Shown here: positions 1 to 10,018 of the stretch, piece after piece
Position numbering within the stretch: the stretch's first letter is position 1
Layout: every line of letters begins with the position of its first letter
Assembly (NCBI GenBank): GCA_965116885.1
Contig: OZ220741.1
Coordinates: forward strand, 3,680,001 to 3,744,000
Source: Candidatus Latescibacterota bacterium
GTDB lineage: Bacteria > Latescibacterota > UBA2968
Length of the DNA: 64,000 bases
Direction of reading: 5' to 3'
The notes under the pieces: generated by a model
Databases searched by the model: none
What the model was told of the DNA's origin: nothing
Seen by the model: the letters and a program-made list of their open reading frames with translations, nothing else
Made by a program: the position numbers and the translations under genes

Positions 1-644
1 TCAATTATGTCGTTGTGGGTTTCTCCCATACCAATAATGCCGCCGCTGCACGTATCCAGGCCCGCTTTTTGGATGTTATACAGGGTATCTAATCGGTCTT
101 CGTAGGTATGTGTAGATACAATATGCGGCGTGTGTGCTTTGCTGGTGTTGAGGTTGTGATTGACGCGATCGACACCCGCGTCTTTTAAGCGTTGTGCTTT
201 TTCTCCCGTCAGTAAGCCCAAACAACAACAGATGTCGATATCTACTTCCCGTTTGATCTGGCGCACGACATCTGTAATGGCATTAACTTCATTGTCGGTG
301 GGCGCGCGTCCGCTCGTGACAATGCAGTATCGATACGCACCGTTTTCTTTGGCTTCGCGGGCTGCATCTATCATTTCGCGGGCTGGTCGCAGGGGGTATT
401 TATCAATTGGTGCATTTGAGACAGCCGATTGCGAGCAGTAGGCACAGTCTTCGGGGCACAAGCCACTTTTGGCATTCATCAGCACATGAATGTGTACTTT
501 GCGCCCAAAATAATGATGGCGCACCTGGTATGCCGCGTGCAAAAGCGGTAGAATATCGCGGTCAGACGTTTGAAGAACAGCGTGCATTTCAGCATTTGAC
601 AAGTCGGTTCCAGAGAGGGTTTTTTGGGCATAAGAAGTGTACAT
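1..644 (-). CDS. bioB: Biotin synthase (radical SAM), 3' end runs off the window
   Basis: Not in the ORF track. Manual minus-strand translation from ATG at 644 gives MYTSYAQK...HVLMNAKSGLCPEDCAYCSQS (CxxxCxxC) and LDTCSGGIIGMGET, both BioB motifs. Confidence 0.93.
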   Translation of the reverse strand, partial: MYTSYAQKTLSGTDLSNAEMHAVLQTSDRDILPLLHAAYQVRHHYFGRKVHIHVLMNAKSGLCPEDCAYCSQSAVSNAPIDKYPLRPAREMIDAAREAKENGAYRYCIVTSGRAPTDNEVNAITDVVRQIKREVDIDICCCLGLLTGEKAQRLKDAGVDRVNHNLNTSKAHTPHIVSTHTYEDRLDTLYNIQKAGLDTCSGGIIGMGETHNDII

Positions 645-673
645 AGTATGTCCTGGATGTCTCTTTTTGGTGG

Positions 674-1195
674 TTATCGATAAAATGCAAGGCCGAGGGC
701 TGCGGTTACAACAATGGCCAAAGCGGGATGAAGATTGAGAAAGTTGATGGCTGCAAAAGCAGCGACCGCAATGAGGGCCGTGTGCCAGGAAGTAACAGAT
801 TTGGGACACATTTCCCAGACCACGACGATTAAAAGCCCAACTACTGCCGGACGCACGGCTTTGAGCATGGCCTGTACGAGCGGAGTATCCTTATAGTTCA
901 TAAAAAACAAACCGAGGACCATCATCATGAGCAATGAGGGGAATACCGTGCCAAAGAGCGCGACCACAAGGCCCGGTGTGTCGGCGACCTGGTATCCTAT
1001 ATACGCAGCCATTTTAGTGGCAATGGGACCTGGAAGTGCATAGCCCATCGCAAGAGCGTCTGTAAATTCTTCTATGGTCATCCAATTATTGCGATCGACG
1101 ACTTCTTCTTGAATGAGTGGGATCATCGAAGGACCGCCGCCATAGGCAAAGATGCCGACTTTGGAGAATGAAACAAACAGATCCCATAGCTTCAT
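674..1195 (-). CDS. chrA: Short-chain chromate transporter (CHR family)
   Basis: FSKVGIFAYGGG and ALPGPIATK motifs, hydrophobic. ATG at 1195 has an AGGAG RBS (ORF track starts at 1216). Confidence 0.85.
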   Translation of the reverse strand: MKLWDLFVSFSKVGIFAYGGGPSMIPLIQEEVVDRNNWMTIEEFTDALAMGYALPGPIATKMAAYIGYQVADTPGLVVALFGTVFPSLLMMMVLGLFFMNYKDTPLVQAMLKAVRPAVVGLLIVVVWEMCPKSVTSWHTALIAVAAFAAINFLNLHPALAIVVTAALGLAFYR

Positions 1196-1475
1196 TAAAA
1201 CGCTCCTTGTAAGCATAACAGCTTGTTAAACATCAATGTTATGAATAAAATCGCTTCTTATAGCGAAATGGAAATATATCCATTTCACGCTTATGAGACA
1301 AGGTAAATCACATCGGGAATCGTCAAAATTGCTACCTGATTTTGCATTGGATTTTTTGCTCAGATTTTTTACATTTGAGCACGATTTTGTTGTGCGTCAA
1401 TCTATTTTTCTGTAATTGTGCGGGGAAACGGCGCAATAGAAATGGAATAAGATCTGGTTTAATTTCTATTTATCG

Positions 1476-1504
1476 TTGACAATCCCGGGCCTTTTTCCTA
1501 TTAT
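1476..1504 (+). promoter_or_regulatory. Sigma70-type promoter
   Basis: TTGACA (1476-1481), 17 nt spacer, TATTAT (1499-1504) upstream of the TPR gene. Confidence 0.6.
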
Positions 1505-1535
1505 GCCCGCTCTTTTTTGGCGGCGATTTACTCCC

Positions 1536-2243
1536 ATGTCGGTATTAGAAAAACTCCAAAAAATCTGTGATCAAAATCCGACGTCCATTTTATTTGCACG
1601 TCTGGCAGATGGGTTGTTGCAGCGTGGAGAGGTCGCACGCGCAATTGAGGTTTGCCGCCGCGGATTGCGCTATCGGCCGTCATATACAGCGGGCCATGTG
1701 GTGATGGGCAAGTGCTACCATGCGACCGGGGATTATGAAGAAGCGCGTCTGGCGTTTCAAAGGGTATTGCAATTAGATGACGGTCATCTTATCGCACACT
1801 GGTATATGGGCAAAATCGCTTTGCAATTGGGGCGTGACGACCTCGCGCTCAAATATTTTGAACAGGCTCATGTTCGCGATCCATTTAGTCCCGAACTCAT
1901 AGATCAGATTTTCAAACTCAAAGGCGAGGAGGTTGAAGAGAAGCAGGACAACGGTCCTGAGTCTGGCGGTTCTGAAGTCGTATCTGGAAGCGAGGCATTT
2001 GCTCAGGCGCTTTTAGAAGAAGATGACGAAGACGATTTGGATGCGCTGGTTATGTCTCTTAAACGCGAGCCAAAATCTGGGGAAGAGGCTCCTGTTATAG
2101 CAACGACCACACTGGCCGAGCTATACGCGAGTCAGGGCCTTATTCCGGAGGCCATCGCAGTTTTGGAACAGGTGATTGCCCGCGAACCCGACAATGAGCA
2201 TATTGTTGCCCGCCTGGATGAGTTGCGGAATTTATCGGAATAA
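1536..2243 (+). CDS. Tetratricopeptide repeat protein with acidic linker and C-terminal TPR helix
   Basis: TPR-like helices (FARLADGLL...AIEVC, GKCYHATGDYEEA) and C-terminal TTTLAELYASQG. Start moved to ATG 1536, downstream of the promoter. Confidence 0.8.
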   Translation: MSVLEKLQKICDQNPTSILFARLADGLLQRGEVARAIEVCRRGLRYRPSYTAGHVVMGKCYHATGDYEEARLAFQRVLQLDDGHLIAHWYMGKIALQLGRDDLALKYFEQAHVRDPFSPELIDQIFKLKGEEVEEKQDNGPESGGSEVVSGSEAFAQALLEEDDEDDLDALVMSLKREPKSGEEAPVIATTTLAELYASQGLIPEAIAVLEQVIAREPDNEHIVARLDELRNLSE

Positions 2244-2257
2244 GAGGAACTGAGAGC

Positions 2258-3001
2258 ATGAATCAGTCCGAAAATGAGTATGACGGAATTGCAGAAGCGT
2301 ATAGGGATTCCAAGCAACTCTCATTTCGAAAATATATTGAAGAATATACCTTTTTTCATATACTTGGAGATGTCCGAGGGACAACGGTCCTGGACCTGGC
2401 TTGCGGTGAGGGGTTTTACACGCGCAAGATCAAGCGAGCTGGGGCGGCAGAGGTCACAGGCGTCGATCTTTCCGCAGAAATGATCAAGTTGGCAGAAGAA
2501 GAAGAACACATCCGTCCTCTGGGATGCAAGTACCTGAATCGAGATGTGGCCCGGCTCGATATGGCTGAATCTGTCGATGTCGTAGTGGCGATGTATCTTT
2601 TAAATTATGCGAGGACGAAAGAGGAACTTCTCAATTTTGTCCAGGTGGCTTATAATAGACTGCAACAGAGAGGGCGATTTATCGGATTCAATGACAATGT
2701 TCAGCATGTTCCCAGAGGAACTATTTCCTTCGCCCAATACGGATTTGACAAAGTGTGTACTCCTTCTCCTCAAGAGGGAGATATTATTTTGTATCAAATA
2801 AATAATGAAGATGGTACGCAGTTTGAGTTTAAGAATTATTATCTCAGTCCAGAAACGTATCAGTGGGCTTTTCAGAAAGCTGGTTTTTCCGATTTTCAAT
2901 GGGTGGGTCCGTTTATACATCCATCTCAGCAGCACAACCCTTTTTGGGATGCTTTTATGTCTCGTCCTCCACTCATTGGTTTTTGCGCGTCAAAGCAATA
3001 A
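2258..3001 (+). CDS. Class I SAM-dependent methyltransferase (ToxA-like small-molecule N-methyltransferase)
   Basis: VLDLACGEG motif I, GVDLSAEMI, YLLNYA, AGFSDFQW. Confidence 0.85.
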   Translation: MNQSENEYDGIAEAYRDSKQLSFRKYIEEYTFFHILGDVRGTTVLDLACGEGFYTRKIKRAGAAEVTGVDLSAEMIKLAEEEEHIRPLGCKYLNRDVARLDMAESVDVVVAMYLLNYARTKEELLNFVQVAYNRLQQRGRFIGFNDNVQHVPRGTISFAQYGFDKVCTPSPQEGDIILYQINNEDGTQFEFKNYYLSPETYQWAFQKAGFSDFQWVGPFIHPSQQHNPFWDAFMSRPPLIGFCASKQ

Positions 3002-3046
3002 GTTCATATCCCAGCAGGGATGATCGTTGACAATAAAGGATTGTTT

Positions 3047-3604
3047 ATGGTTTCTACTTCTGATTTTCGCAATGGTATGGTTATTCGCCTGGATGGGCAG
3101 CTTTTTTTTATGACCGAGTTTGAGCATTTTAAGCCCGGCAAAGGTGCTGCGGTCGTGCGCACCAAGCTCAAGAGTGTGAGGTCAGGTGCTGTGATTGACC
3201 GCACATTCCGGTCGGGCGACAAAGTAGATGATGTCCGCCTGGAAAAACGAAAGAGCCAATACTTATATAAACAAGATACATTTTACATTTTTATGGATAC
3301 TCGCACGTACAACCAATACGAAGTGCCCACGGAGATTGTGGGTGATGCACAACAGCTGTTGCAGGAAAATGAGATTGTCGATGTACTGATTGCCGAGGGA
3401 AATGCCCTGGGTGTGGAACTGCCCATTTTTGTGGAATTGAAGGTCGATCAAACCGATCCCGGCTTGCGAGGCGATACGGCCACTGGTGGCACAAAGCCCG
3501 CGCGCGTGGAAACCGGGGCGACAGTGCAGGTTCCACTATTTGTCGAGATTGGCGATGTGTTGAAAATCGATACGCGCACCCAATCTTATGTCGAACGGGT
3601 TTAG
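3047..3604 (+). CDS. efp: Elongation factor P
   Basis: KPGKGAAVVRTKLK, DPGLRGDTATGGTKPA, VPLFVEIGD. Confidence 0.97.
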   Translation: MVSTSDFRNGMVIRLDGQLFFMTEFEHFKPGKGAAVVRTKLKSVRSGAVIDRTFRSGDKVDDVRLEKRKSQYLYKQDTFYIFMDTRTYNQYEVPTEIVGDAQQLLQENEIVDVLIAEGNALGVELPIFVELKVDQTDPGLRGDTATGGTKPARVETGATVQVPLFVEIGDVLKIDTRTQSYVERV

Positions 3605-3613
3605 GAGATTACT

Positions 3614-4093
3614 GTGAAAATTTCCAAGCAGATAATAGCGAGTGCAAAAGAACTCATCGATCTGATTGGTGCCGATGATGTGGAGGAAGTTGAAATTGAG
3701 CGCAAGCTCTTTGGACGCGGACGCATTCGCATTGTGCGCGTCAGCCAACAAGCCCCCATAGTGCAAACGCTGGCCGCACCGCCAGCGTCAGCATCTGCAC
3801 CTGTTGATGTGCCGAAAACCGAAGATGCTATAAGTGAAGACGATGGGCGCTATCACACTTTGCGCTCGCCTATGGTGGGTATGTTTTATCAATCGCCAAA
3901 CCCCGAAGCACCACCTTATGCAACAGAAGGCGATGAGGTGGCGAGAGGGCAGACCCTGTGTATTATTGAAGCCATGAAAATTATGAATGAAATCGAGTGT
4001 GATGTGAATGGTCGGGTAGTGCGCGTACTGGTTGAAAATGCCGCGCCCGTCGAATACAACACACCCCTGTTTTTAATTGATCCGCAAAAGTAG
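3614..4093 (+). CDS. accB: Biotin carboxyl carrier protein of acetyl-CoA carboxylase
   Basis: SPMVGMFY and EAMKIMNEI biotinylation motif, Ala/Pro linker. Confidence 0.95.
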   Translation: MKISKQIIASAKELIDLIGADDVEEVEIERKLFGRGRIRIVRVSQQAPIVQTLAAPPASASAPVDVPKTEDAISEDDGRYHTLRSPMVGMFYQSPNPEAPPYATEGDEVARGQTLCIIEAMKIMNEIECDVNGRVVRVLVENAAPVEYNTPLFLIDPQK

Positions 4094-4191
4094 CCGTGCC
4101 CTTTCGGGGATGCCCGTTCACTGATTGTCGCTTGCCCTCCCCAGGCGAATGAGCAGACCCTATTGACCTTTCCTTTTTTGAGATCATACCC

Positions 4192-5535
4192 TTGTTTGAG
4201 AAAGTTCTCATTGCCGACCGCGGCGAGATTGCCCTGCGTATTATCCGGGCCTGTAAAGAGTTGGGCCTGAAAACCGTTGCGGTTTATTCTGAAGCGGATA
4301 GCAATTCGCTGCATGTCGGTATGGCCGATGAAGATGTTTGTATTGGTCCGCCCCCCGGCGAGCAAAGCTATCGAAATATTCCGCGGATCTTAAGTGCTGC
4401 CGAAGTGACCAATGCCGATGCGATTCATCCGGGCTATGGCCCGCTGGCCGAGAATGCCGAGTTTGCCGAAATTTGCGGCACCTGCGGCATTGTTTTTATT
4501 GGTCCATCTGCAGAATCGATACGCAAGATGGGTGATAAGGCTATCGCGCGAGAGACCATGCAAGGAGCCGGTGTGCCCGTTGCGCCGGGTACGGGGGTTT
4601 TGGATAGCTATGAGGAAGCCCGTGAAGTTGCGCGTGACATTGGATATCCCGTGCGCCTCAAAGCCGTGGCAGGCGGAGGCGGACGAGGGATGCGTACTGT
4701 ATTTTCAGAGGGCGAGTTAGAACGCGCGTGGCAAATGGCACAGGCCGAGGCACAGGCGGCGTTTACATCTGGCGCGCTCTATTTGGAAAAAGAGATTGTG
4801 CAGCCCCGGCATGTGGAGATTCAAGTGTTGGGAGATTTGGCGGGGCGTATTGTGCATTTGGGGGAACGAGAGTGTTCGGTCCAGCGTCGGCATCAAAAGC
4901 TCATTGAAGAGTCGCCTTCACCCGTAGTTGATGACGCTATGCGCCAGCGTATGGGAGAGGCGGCTATCAAAGGTGCGCTCGCGGTTGGATATGCCAGTGC
5001 TGGCACGGTTGAATTTTTGCTCGATGCTTCCGGAGATTTTTATTTTTTAGAAATGAACACGCGCATTCAGGTTGAGCATCCGGTTACAGAGACGGTGGCC
5101 AGTCTCGATCTGGTCAAATGGCAGATCCGTATCGCAGCCGGTGCGTCTCTTCCGCGGTCTCAAGATCTATTTGATTTCAAAGGACATGCTATTGAGTGTC
5201 GAATCAATGCCGAAGATCCCGAGCATAATTTCAGGCCCTCGCCCGGCACTATTACTTCTTTTCATATGCCGGGAGGCCCGGGCATTCGCATTGATTCACA
5301 CGTATATACGGGATATACGGTTCCGCCGCAGTACGATTCCCTTTTGGCCAAGCTCATCGGATATGGGGATACGCGCGACGAGGCAATTGCACGGGTGATA
5401 CGCGCTCTCGAAGAGTTTGTGATCGAAGGCGTGCCAACGACTATTCCCTTTCACCTCCATGCTTTGCAACACGAGGATTTTAGAACGGGACGGGCAACAA
5501 CAGAATTTGTGAACAAGTTGGGCTATGGTGGGTGA
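4192..5535 (+). CDS. accC: Biotin carboxylase
   Basis: [45 protein letters not shown], downstream of accB. Confidence 0.96.
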   Translation: MFEKVLIADRGEIALRIIRACKELGLKTVAVYSEADSNSLHVGMADEDVCIGPPPGEQSYRNIPRILSAAEVTNADAIHPGYGPLAENAEFAEICGTCGIVFIGPSAESIRKMGDKAIARETMQGAGVPVAPGTGVLDSYEEAREVARDIGYPVRLKAVAGGGGRGMRTVFSEGELERAWQMAQAEAQAAFTSGALYLEKEIVQPRHVEIQVLGDLAGRIVHLGERECSVQRRHQKLIEESPSPVVDDAMRQRMGEAAIKGALAVGYASAGTVEFLLDASGDFYFLEMNTRIQVEHPVTETVASLDLVKWQIRIAAGASLPRSQDLFDFKGHAIECRINAEDPEHNFRPSPGTITSFHMPGGPGIRIDSHVYTGYTVPPQYDSLLAKLIGYGDTRDEAIARVIRALEEFVIEGVPTTIPFHLHALQHEDFRTGRATTEFVNKLGYGG

Positions 5536-5577
5536 ATCCCATTCTCAGCTATAGGCAAAGGTATAAAGGAGCAGAAA

Positions 5578-5961
5578 ATGTCGGATATTCCAGAAGATTT
5601 ACTTTTTAATAGCGATCACGACTGGGTTCGAATTGAGGGCGATACGGGCACATGCGGGATTACGGATTACGCGCAGGGCGAGTTGGGCGATATTGTATTT
5701 TTAGAATTGCCAGAGCCTGGCGATTTTGTTACTCAGGGGGAATCCTACGGCATAATTGAGGCGGTTAAGACTGTGTCCGATCTCATTGCACCGGTTTCGG
5801 GTGAGGTGGTTGACGTCAATATCCAGTTGACAGATGATGCTGCTCTGGTCAACGACGAGCCTTATGGAGAGGGATGGATGATTCAAGTGCGCCTTTCAGA
5901 TCCTTCAGAGACAGAATTTTTAATGGATGCTCACGCCTATGCAGGTCTGGTTGATGAATAG
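5578..5961 (+). CDS. gcvH: Glycine cleavage system H protein
   Basis: GITDYAQGELGDIVF, IEAVKTVSD lipoyl-Lys motif, PYGEGW. Confidence 0.95.
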   Translation: MSDIPEDLLFNSDHDWVRIEGDTGTCGITDYAQGELGDIVFLELPEPGDFVTQGESYGIIEAVKTVSDLIAPVSGEVVDVNIQLTDDAALVNDEPYGEGWMIQVRLSDPSETEFLMDAHAYAGLVDE

Positions 5962-5976
5962 CCGGGATAGACTACA

Positions 5977-7443
5977 ATGACTCTCCAAAACCTCCTCTCC
6001 CAAATCGTTCTGGGTGAAGATAGCACCCGCCAGTTCAAGGTTGATGTGCGTAATGCCGCATCGTTGGCCTCTGAGATGGCGGCGTTTGCCAATTCCAGTG
6101 GGGGTACGATTTTTATTGGGGTAGGGGATGACGGTACTACACCAGGGCTTGCTATGGCGGATGTATCCCGCATCAACCAACTCATCAGCAATGCCGCGAG
6201 TCAATTGGTGCGTAGTCCTTTGATCGTGCAGACAGAGAATGTGGCATTGGAAAATGGTTGCCTCGTGATTGTGCTGACCGTACCCAGGGGGATTGATAAG
6301 CCCTATTTCGATAAGGACGGGATAATCTGGCTGAAGACCGGGGCAGATAAGCGACGGGTGAACTCGAAAGAAGAACTGCGTCGGCTGTTCCAGATCTCCG
6401 CTCAGTTTTATGCGGATGAATTACCTACCCAGGCGGGCGTTGACAAATTGGATAAATTGCGCTTTCGCGATTTTCTGCGCGAGGTCCATAATCAGGAATA
6501 CCCAGGCTCCTCCGAAGAAATAGTTCGCCTGCTCCAAAACATGAATCTCGCTACCGAGGATGGATATTTGAATCTGGCAGGCGTGCTGATGTTCGCTGAA
6601 CAGCCTGAGTGGGTCACGCCGCAGTTCGTCGTAAAAGCCATTCGCTATCCTGGCAACAAAATTCACGCTACAGACTATGTTGATACTGAGGATTTCGCCG
6701 GACCGTTGCCCAAAATTTTTGATGATACTCTGGCTTTTGTCGTGCGTAACTTACACAAAGTGCAGGCTGGACGCGGTGTAAATGCGCCGGGATTGCCAGA
6801 AGTTCCGATAAGCGTGTTCGAAGAGTTGCTGGTCAATGCGCTGGTGCATCGGGACTATCTGATAAGTGCTCCTATTCGCCTGTTCATTTTCGACAACCGC
6901 ATTGAAATCATAAGTCCCGGTCATTTGCCCAACAACTTGACCGTTGAAAAAATTCTATCCGGCAATTCCAATATCCGCAATCCAATTTTGGTTTCTTATG
7001 TGGCCAAAGGGCTGTTGCCCTATCACGGATTGGGTTCCGGAATCAAGCGTGCCCTGGATGCATGGCCGCAGATTGATTTTGTGGATGACCAGGAGGGCAA
7101 TTTATTTAGCGCAACGGTTCACCGAAAGCCCGTAGAAGAGCTAAGATTGGTGGATGTTTTACCAAAAAGTTCGGAGAAAAGTTCGAAAAAGAGTCGAGAT
7201 TTACCAAAAAGTTCGGAGAAAAGTTCGGAAAAGAGTCGAGATTTACCAAAAAGTTCGGAGAAAACCGATGTCGAGATTTTGACCAGATTCGCGGAAAATC
7301 CCGACATGACGATTTCCAAACTTGCTGGAATACTCGGTGTCACCACGCGCGCTATCGAAAAACAGATTGCCAAGCTACAAGAACAAGGCCGCCTGCGCCG
7401 TGTTGGGCCAGCCAGAGGGGGTCACTGGGAGGTGCTGGATTGA
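5977..7443 (+). CDS. AlbA_2/Schlafen domain + HATPase_c_4 (RecG_C-like) + C-terminal wHTH protein
   Basis: GEDSTRQFK, AAFANSSGGTIFIGV, EELLVNALVHRDY, RIEIISPG, RNPIL, GSGI and C-terminal LRRVGPARGGHWEV. Confidence 0.85.
   Translation: MTLQNLLSQIVLGEDSTRQFKVDVRNAASLASEMAAFANSSGGTIFIGVGDDGTTPGLAMADVSRINQLISNAASQLVRSPLIVQTENVALENGCLVIVLTVPRGIDKPYFDKDGIIWLKTGADKRRVNSKEELRRLFQISAQFYADELPTQAGVDKLDKLRFRDFLREVHNQEYPGSSEEIVRLLQNMNLATEDGYLNLAGVLMFAEQPEWVTPQFVVKAIRYPGNKIHATDYVDTEDFAGPLPKIFDDTLAFVVRNLHKVQAGRGVNAPGLPEVPISVFEELLVNALVHRDYLISAPIRLFIFDNRIEIISPGHLPNNLTVEKILSGNSNIRNPILVSYVAKGLLPYHGLGSGIKRALDAWPQIDFVDDQEGNLFSATVHRKPVEELRLVDVLPKSSEKSSKKSRDLPKSSEKSSEKSRDLPKSSEKTDVEILTRFAENPDMTISKLAGILGVTTRAIEKQIAKLQEQGRLRRVGPARGGHWEVLD
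7159..7264 (+). repeat. In-frame 42-bp tandem repeat (about 2.5 copies, LPKSSEKSSxKSRD)
   Basis: TTACCAAAAAGTTCGGAGAAAAGTTCG(A/G)AAAAGAGTCGAGAT at 7159-7200 and 7201-7242, partial copy 7243-7264. Confidence 0.95.
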
Positions 7444-7518
7444 CACGCATCACCTGCGCATAATTGCCTAAATGCGCCGCGTAAGGCTTTTAGATAAAGA
7501 AATATCGGTGAATAAGGC

Positions 7519-7549
7519 TTGACACCTTGTAGTCAATGCGATATATCAT
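7519..7549 (+). promoter_or_regulatory. Putative sigma70 promoter with overlapping TTGAC-N8-GTCAA palindrome
   Basis: TTGACA at 7519, TATATC/TATCAT at 7542-7549, inverted repeat 7519-7536. Confidence 0.45.
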
Positions 7550-7610
7550 GAGGATTTATGTTAAAGATCAGTAATTAGCCACCTTCCAATCAGGTTTGAG
7601 GTGCTTTATC

Positions 7611-8138
7611 ATGCCCGTGACGATGCCCACAATACTCAATCAGTCTGTATTGGTGCTCAATCAGAGTTACGAACCTCTGCATGTGTGTTCTGTGCGCAGG
7701 GCTATTGTGCTGGTTTTTCGAGGTCGCGCCGAAGTTGTTGAAACGTGCGATTCTCGTATCCATACGGTGAGCGATTCTTTCCCCGTGCCGAGTGTGGTGC
7801 GTCTGGCTATATATGTGCGCGTGCCTCCCAAACCGCTCGCCTTGACCAAGCGCAATATTTTAAAACGCGATGGGTTCCAGTGTCAGTATTGTGGCATTCG
7901 CCGCGGTCCGTTTACCATTGATCACGTTGTGCCGCGGTCTCATAATGGGCGCAATTCATGGGACAATCTGGTGTGCGCCTGTCATCGGTGCAATAACCGC
8001 AAGGGCGACCATACGCCTGCGGAAGCCGGTTTGTCATTATTGCGCAAGCCTCAGTCACCGAATCGGGTGACCTTTATTCGACATCATATCGGGGTGCCAG
8101 ACCGTCGCTGGCGTCCCTATCTTTTTATGGATGATTAA
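7611..8138 (+). CDS. HNH endonuclease (McrA-like family)
   Basis: VLVLNQSYEP, RDGFQCQYCG, TIDHVVPRS, WDNLVCACHRCNNRK. Confidence 0.92.
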   Translation: MPVTMPTILNQSVLVLNQSYEPLHVCSVRRAIVLVFRGRAEVVETCDSRIHTVSDSFPVPSVVRLAIYVRVPPKPLALTKRNILKRDGFQCQYCGIRRGPFTIDHVVPRSHNGRNSWDNLVCACHRCNNRKGDHTPAEAGLSLLRKPQSPNRVTFIRHHIGVPDRRWRPYLFMDD

Positions 8139-8150
8139 AAGCGGGGACTG

Positions 8151-9218
8151 ATGGAAAAAAAACGAATTTTGACAGGTGATCGGCCAACGGGGCGTTTGCA
8201 TCTCGGGCACTATGTCGGGTCTTTGAAAAACCGCGTGGCCCTGCAAGATGATTACGAGTGCTATTTTTTAGTGGCTGACCTGCACATGTTGACCACGCAG
8301 CCCCAAAAAGAATACATCGATGCATTGCGTGAAAATATCTATGAGATGGTGTTGGATTATTTGGCTTTGGGAATAGATCCAAACAAATCAACCATTTATC
8401 TTCAATCAGCTATTCATGCTGTATATGAAATGAATCTGTTTTTTGAGATGCTCGTGACATTGCCCCGCGTGGCGCGGTTGCCCAGTGTGAAAGATATGGC
8501 ACGCGCGGCGAATATGACCGATGAGGCAATTCCATTTGGTCTGATTGGGTATCCCGTACTTCAAAGCGCCGATATTTTGATGCCGCGCGCACACGTTGTG
8601 CCGGTTGGGAAAGACAATGAGGCACACGTTGAAGTGACGCGAGAAATTGCGCGTCGGTTCAACGCGTATTACGGCGATGTATTTCCTATTCCCGAACTCC
8701 TCATGGGCGATGTGCCTACTCTGGTGGGGACCGATGGACAGGCCAAGATGAGCAAAAGTCTCAACAATGCGATTTTTTTGTCTGACGATGAAAAGACGGT
8801 GGAAAAAAAAGTGCGCGGTATGTACACAGATCCCAATCGCGTTCGCGCAGATATTCCGGGCACTGTTGAAGGCAACCCCGTATTTATCTATCACGACGCA
8901 TTTAATCCCAACGTCGATGAGGTTGAAGATCTCAAAACCCGCTACCGTCAGGGCCGTGTGGGCGATGTCGAAGTAAAAGATAAATTGGCTCGCGCGCTCA
9001 ATGTGTTTCTCGATCCTATCCGCCAACGCCGAACACATTTTGCGGCGCAGTCGGGTTATATTGAGCAAGTGATTTACGAAGGTACGCTCAAAACACAAGC
9101 ACTTGCACACGAAACTCTCGTGGCCATGAAAAAGGCGATGGGTTTTACCGGCGTATGGAATCGGATTTCTCGCAAAGCGCGAGATAGAATGAAAAAACAA
9201 GAGAAGGAGGCGCAATGA
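8151..9218 (+). CDS. trpS: Tryptophan-tRNA ligase
   Basis: [13 protein letters not shown] (HIGH), [14 protein letters not shown]. Confidence 0.96.
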   Translation: MEKKRILTGDRPTGRLHLGHYVGSLKNRVALQDDYECYFLVADLHMLTTQPQKEYIDALRENIYEMVLDYLALGIDPNKSTIYLQSAIHAVYEMNLFFEMLVTLPRVARLPSVKDMARAANMTDEAIPFGLIGYPVLQSADILMPRAHVVPVGKDNEAHVEVTREIARRFNAYYGDVFPIPELLMGDVPTLVGTDGQAKMSKSLNNAIFLSDDEKTVEKKVRGMYTDPNRVRADIPGTVEGNPVFIYHDAFNPNVDEVEDLKTRYRQGRVGDVEVKDKLARALNVFLDPIRQRRTHFAAQSGYIEQVIYEGTLKTQALAHETLVAMKKAMGFTGVWNRISRKARDRMKKQEKEAQ

Positions 9219-10018
9219 TTGCATCCAATTTGACAGCTCGGTTCGATCCGGATGCTGCGCCTTATGGCGTGAAGCTCGATTTGTTTGAAGGTCCGCTGGA
9301 TCTGTTGCTCTTTCTCATTCAAAAAAACGAGATTGATATCTATGACATTCCCATCGCCGATATTACGCGGCAATTTTTAGAATACGTCGAGATCATTCAG
9401 CGATTAAACTTAGAGGTTGCCGGCGATTTTGTCGTGATGGCCGCCACATTGATGCGTATCAAATCGCGCATGTTGTTGCCCTCTGATCCAGAGGCTGAGG
9501 AGGAAGAAGGAGATCCGCGCGAGGAATTGGTGCGCCGCTTGTTGGAATATCAGCAATTCAGAGAAGTAGCTGCGTGGATGGACGATCAGCAGACGGAGTA
9601 CCGCGATGTTTTTTATCGAGGTACTTCAATAGACCTGGAAGATATTCGGAAGCAACACGAGGCCGAAGTTGGGGAATTTCGTCCCGTGAGTCTGTTCGAA
9701 TTGCTCCGCGCCTTTAAGCAAGCGATGGATGCTGCACCAAAAGCCGATTTTCACGAGGTGACGCGGGTCGATGTGACTACAGAGGAGCGCGCCGAATACG
9801 TGCTCGATGTACTTGAACGACGGCAGCAGGTTCCATTTAGTGAACTGATAGCCAGTACACATCGGATTGTGGTGGTCGTGACATTTGTCGCGTTGCTGGA
9901 ATTGATGAAAGAGGGAAAAGTTCGCGTTCAACAGGCTGATATCGATGGGGAGCTCTGGGTTTATCGCCGAGATGTTTTAGACACGGCGTCTTTTGAGGAG
10001 ACCACAACCGATGTCTGA
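9215..10018 (+). CDS. scpA: Segregation and condensation protein A
   Basis: [39 protein letters not shown]. Confidence 0.95.
   Translation: MIASNLTARFDPDAAPYGVKLDLFEGPLDLLLFLIQKNEIDIYDIPIADITRQFLEYVEIIQRLNLEVAGDFVVMAATLMRIKSRMLLPSDPEAEEEEGDPREELVRRLLEYQQFREVAAWMDDQQTEYRDVFYRGTSIDLEDIRKQHEAEVGEFRPVSLFELLRAFKQAMDAAPKADFHEVTRVDVTTEERAEYVLDVLERRQQVPFSELIASTHRIVVVVTFVALLELMKEGKVRVQQADIDGELWVYRRDVLDTASFEETTTDV

Noticed and set aside
160..646. Plus-strand ORFs 160-441 and 407-646
   Set aside because: Antisense shadows of bioB, which the ORF track missed because it runs off the window
1205..1300. Inverted repeats upstream of chrA-bioB as a BirA operator
   Set aside because: CATAACA...TGTTATG and GAAATGGA...TCCATTTC are present but do not fit the TGTAAAC-N14/16-GTTTACA pattern
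7159..7264. Tandem repeat as a CRISPR array
   Set aside because: No unique spacers, in-frame within a CDS, no cas genes
7611..8138. HNH gene as an IscB or other RNA-guided nuclease
   Set aside because: No RuvC motifs or PLMP N-terminus and no room for a long structured ncRNA. It fits the common stand-alone HNH family
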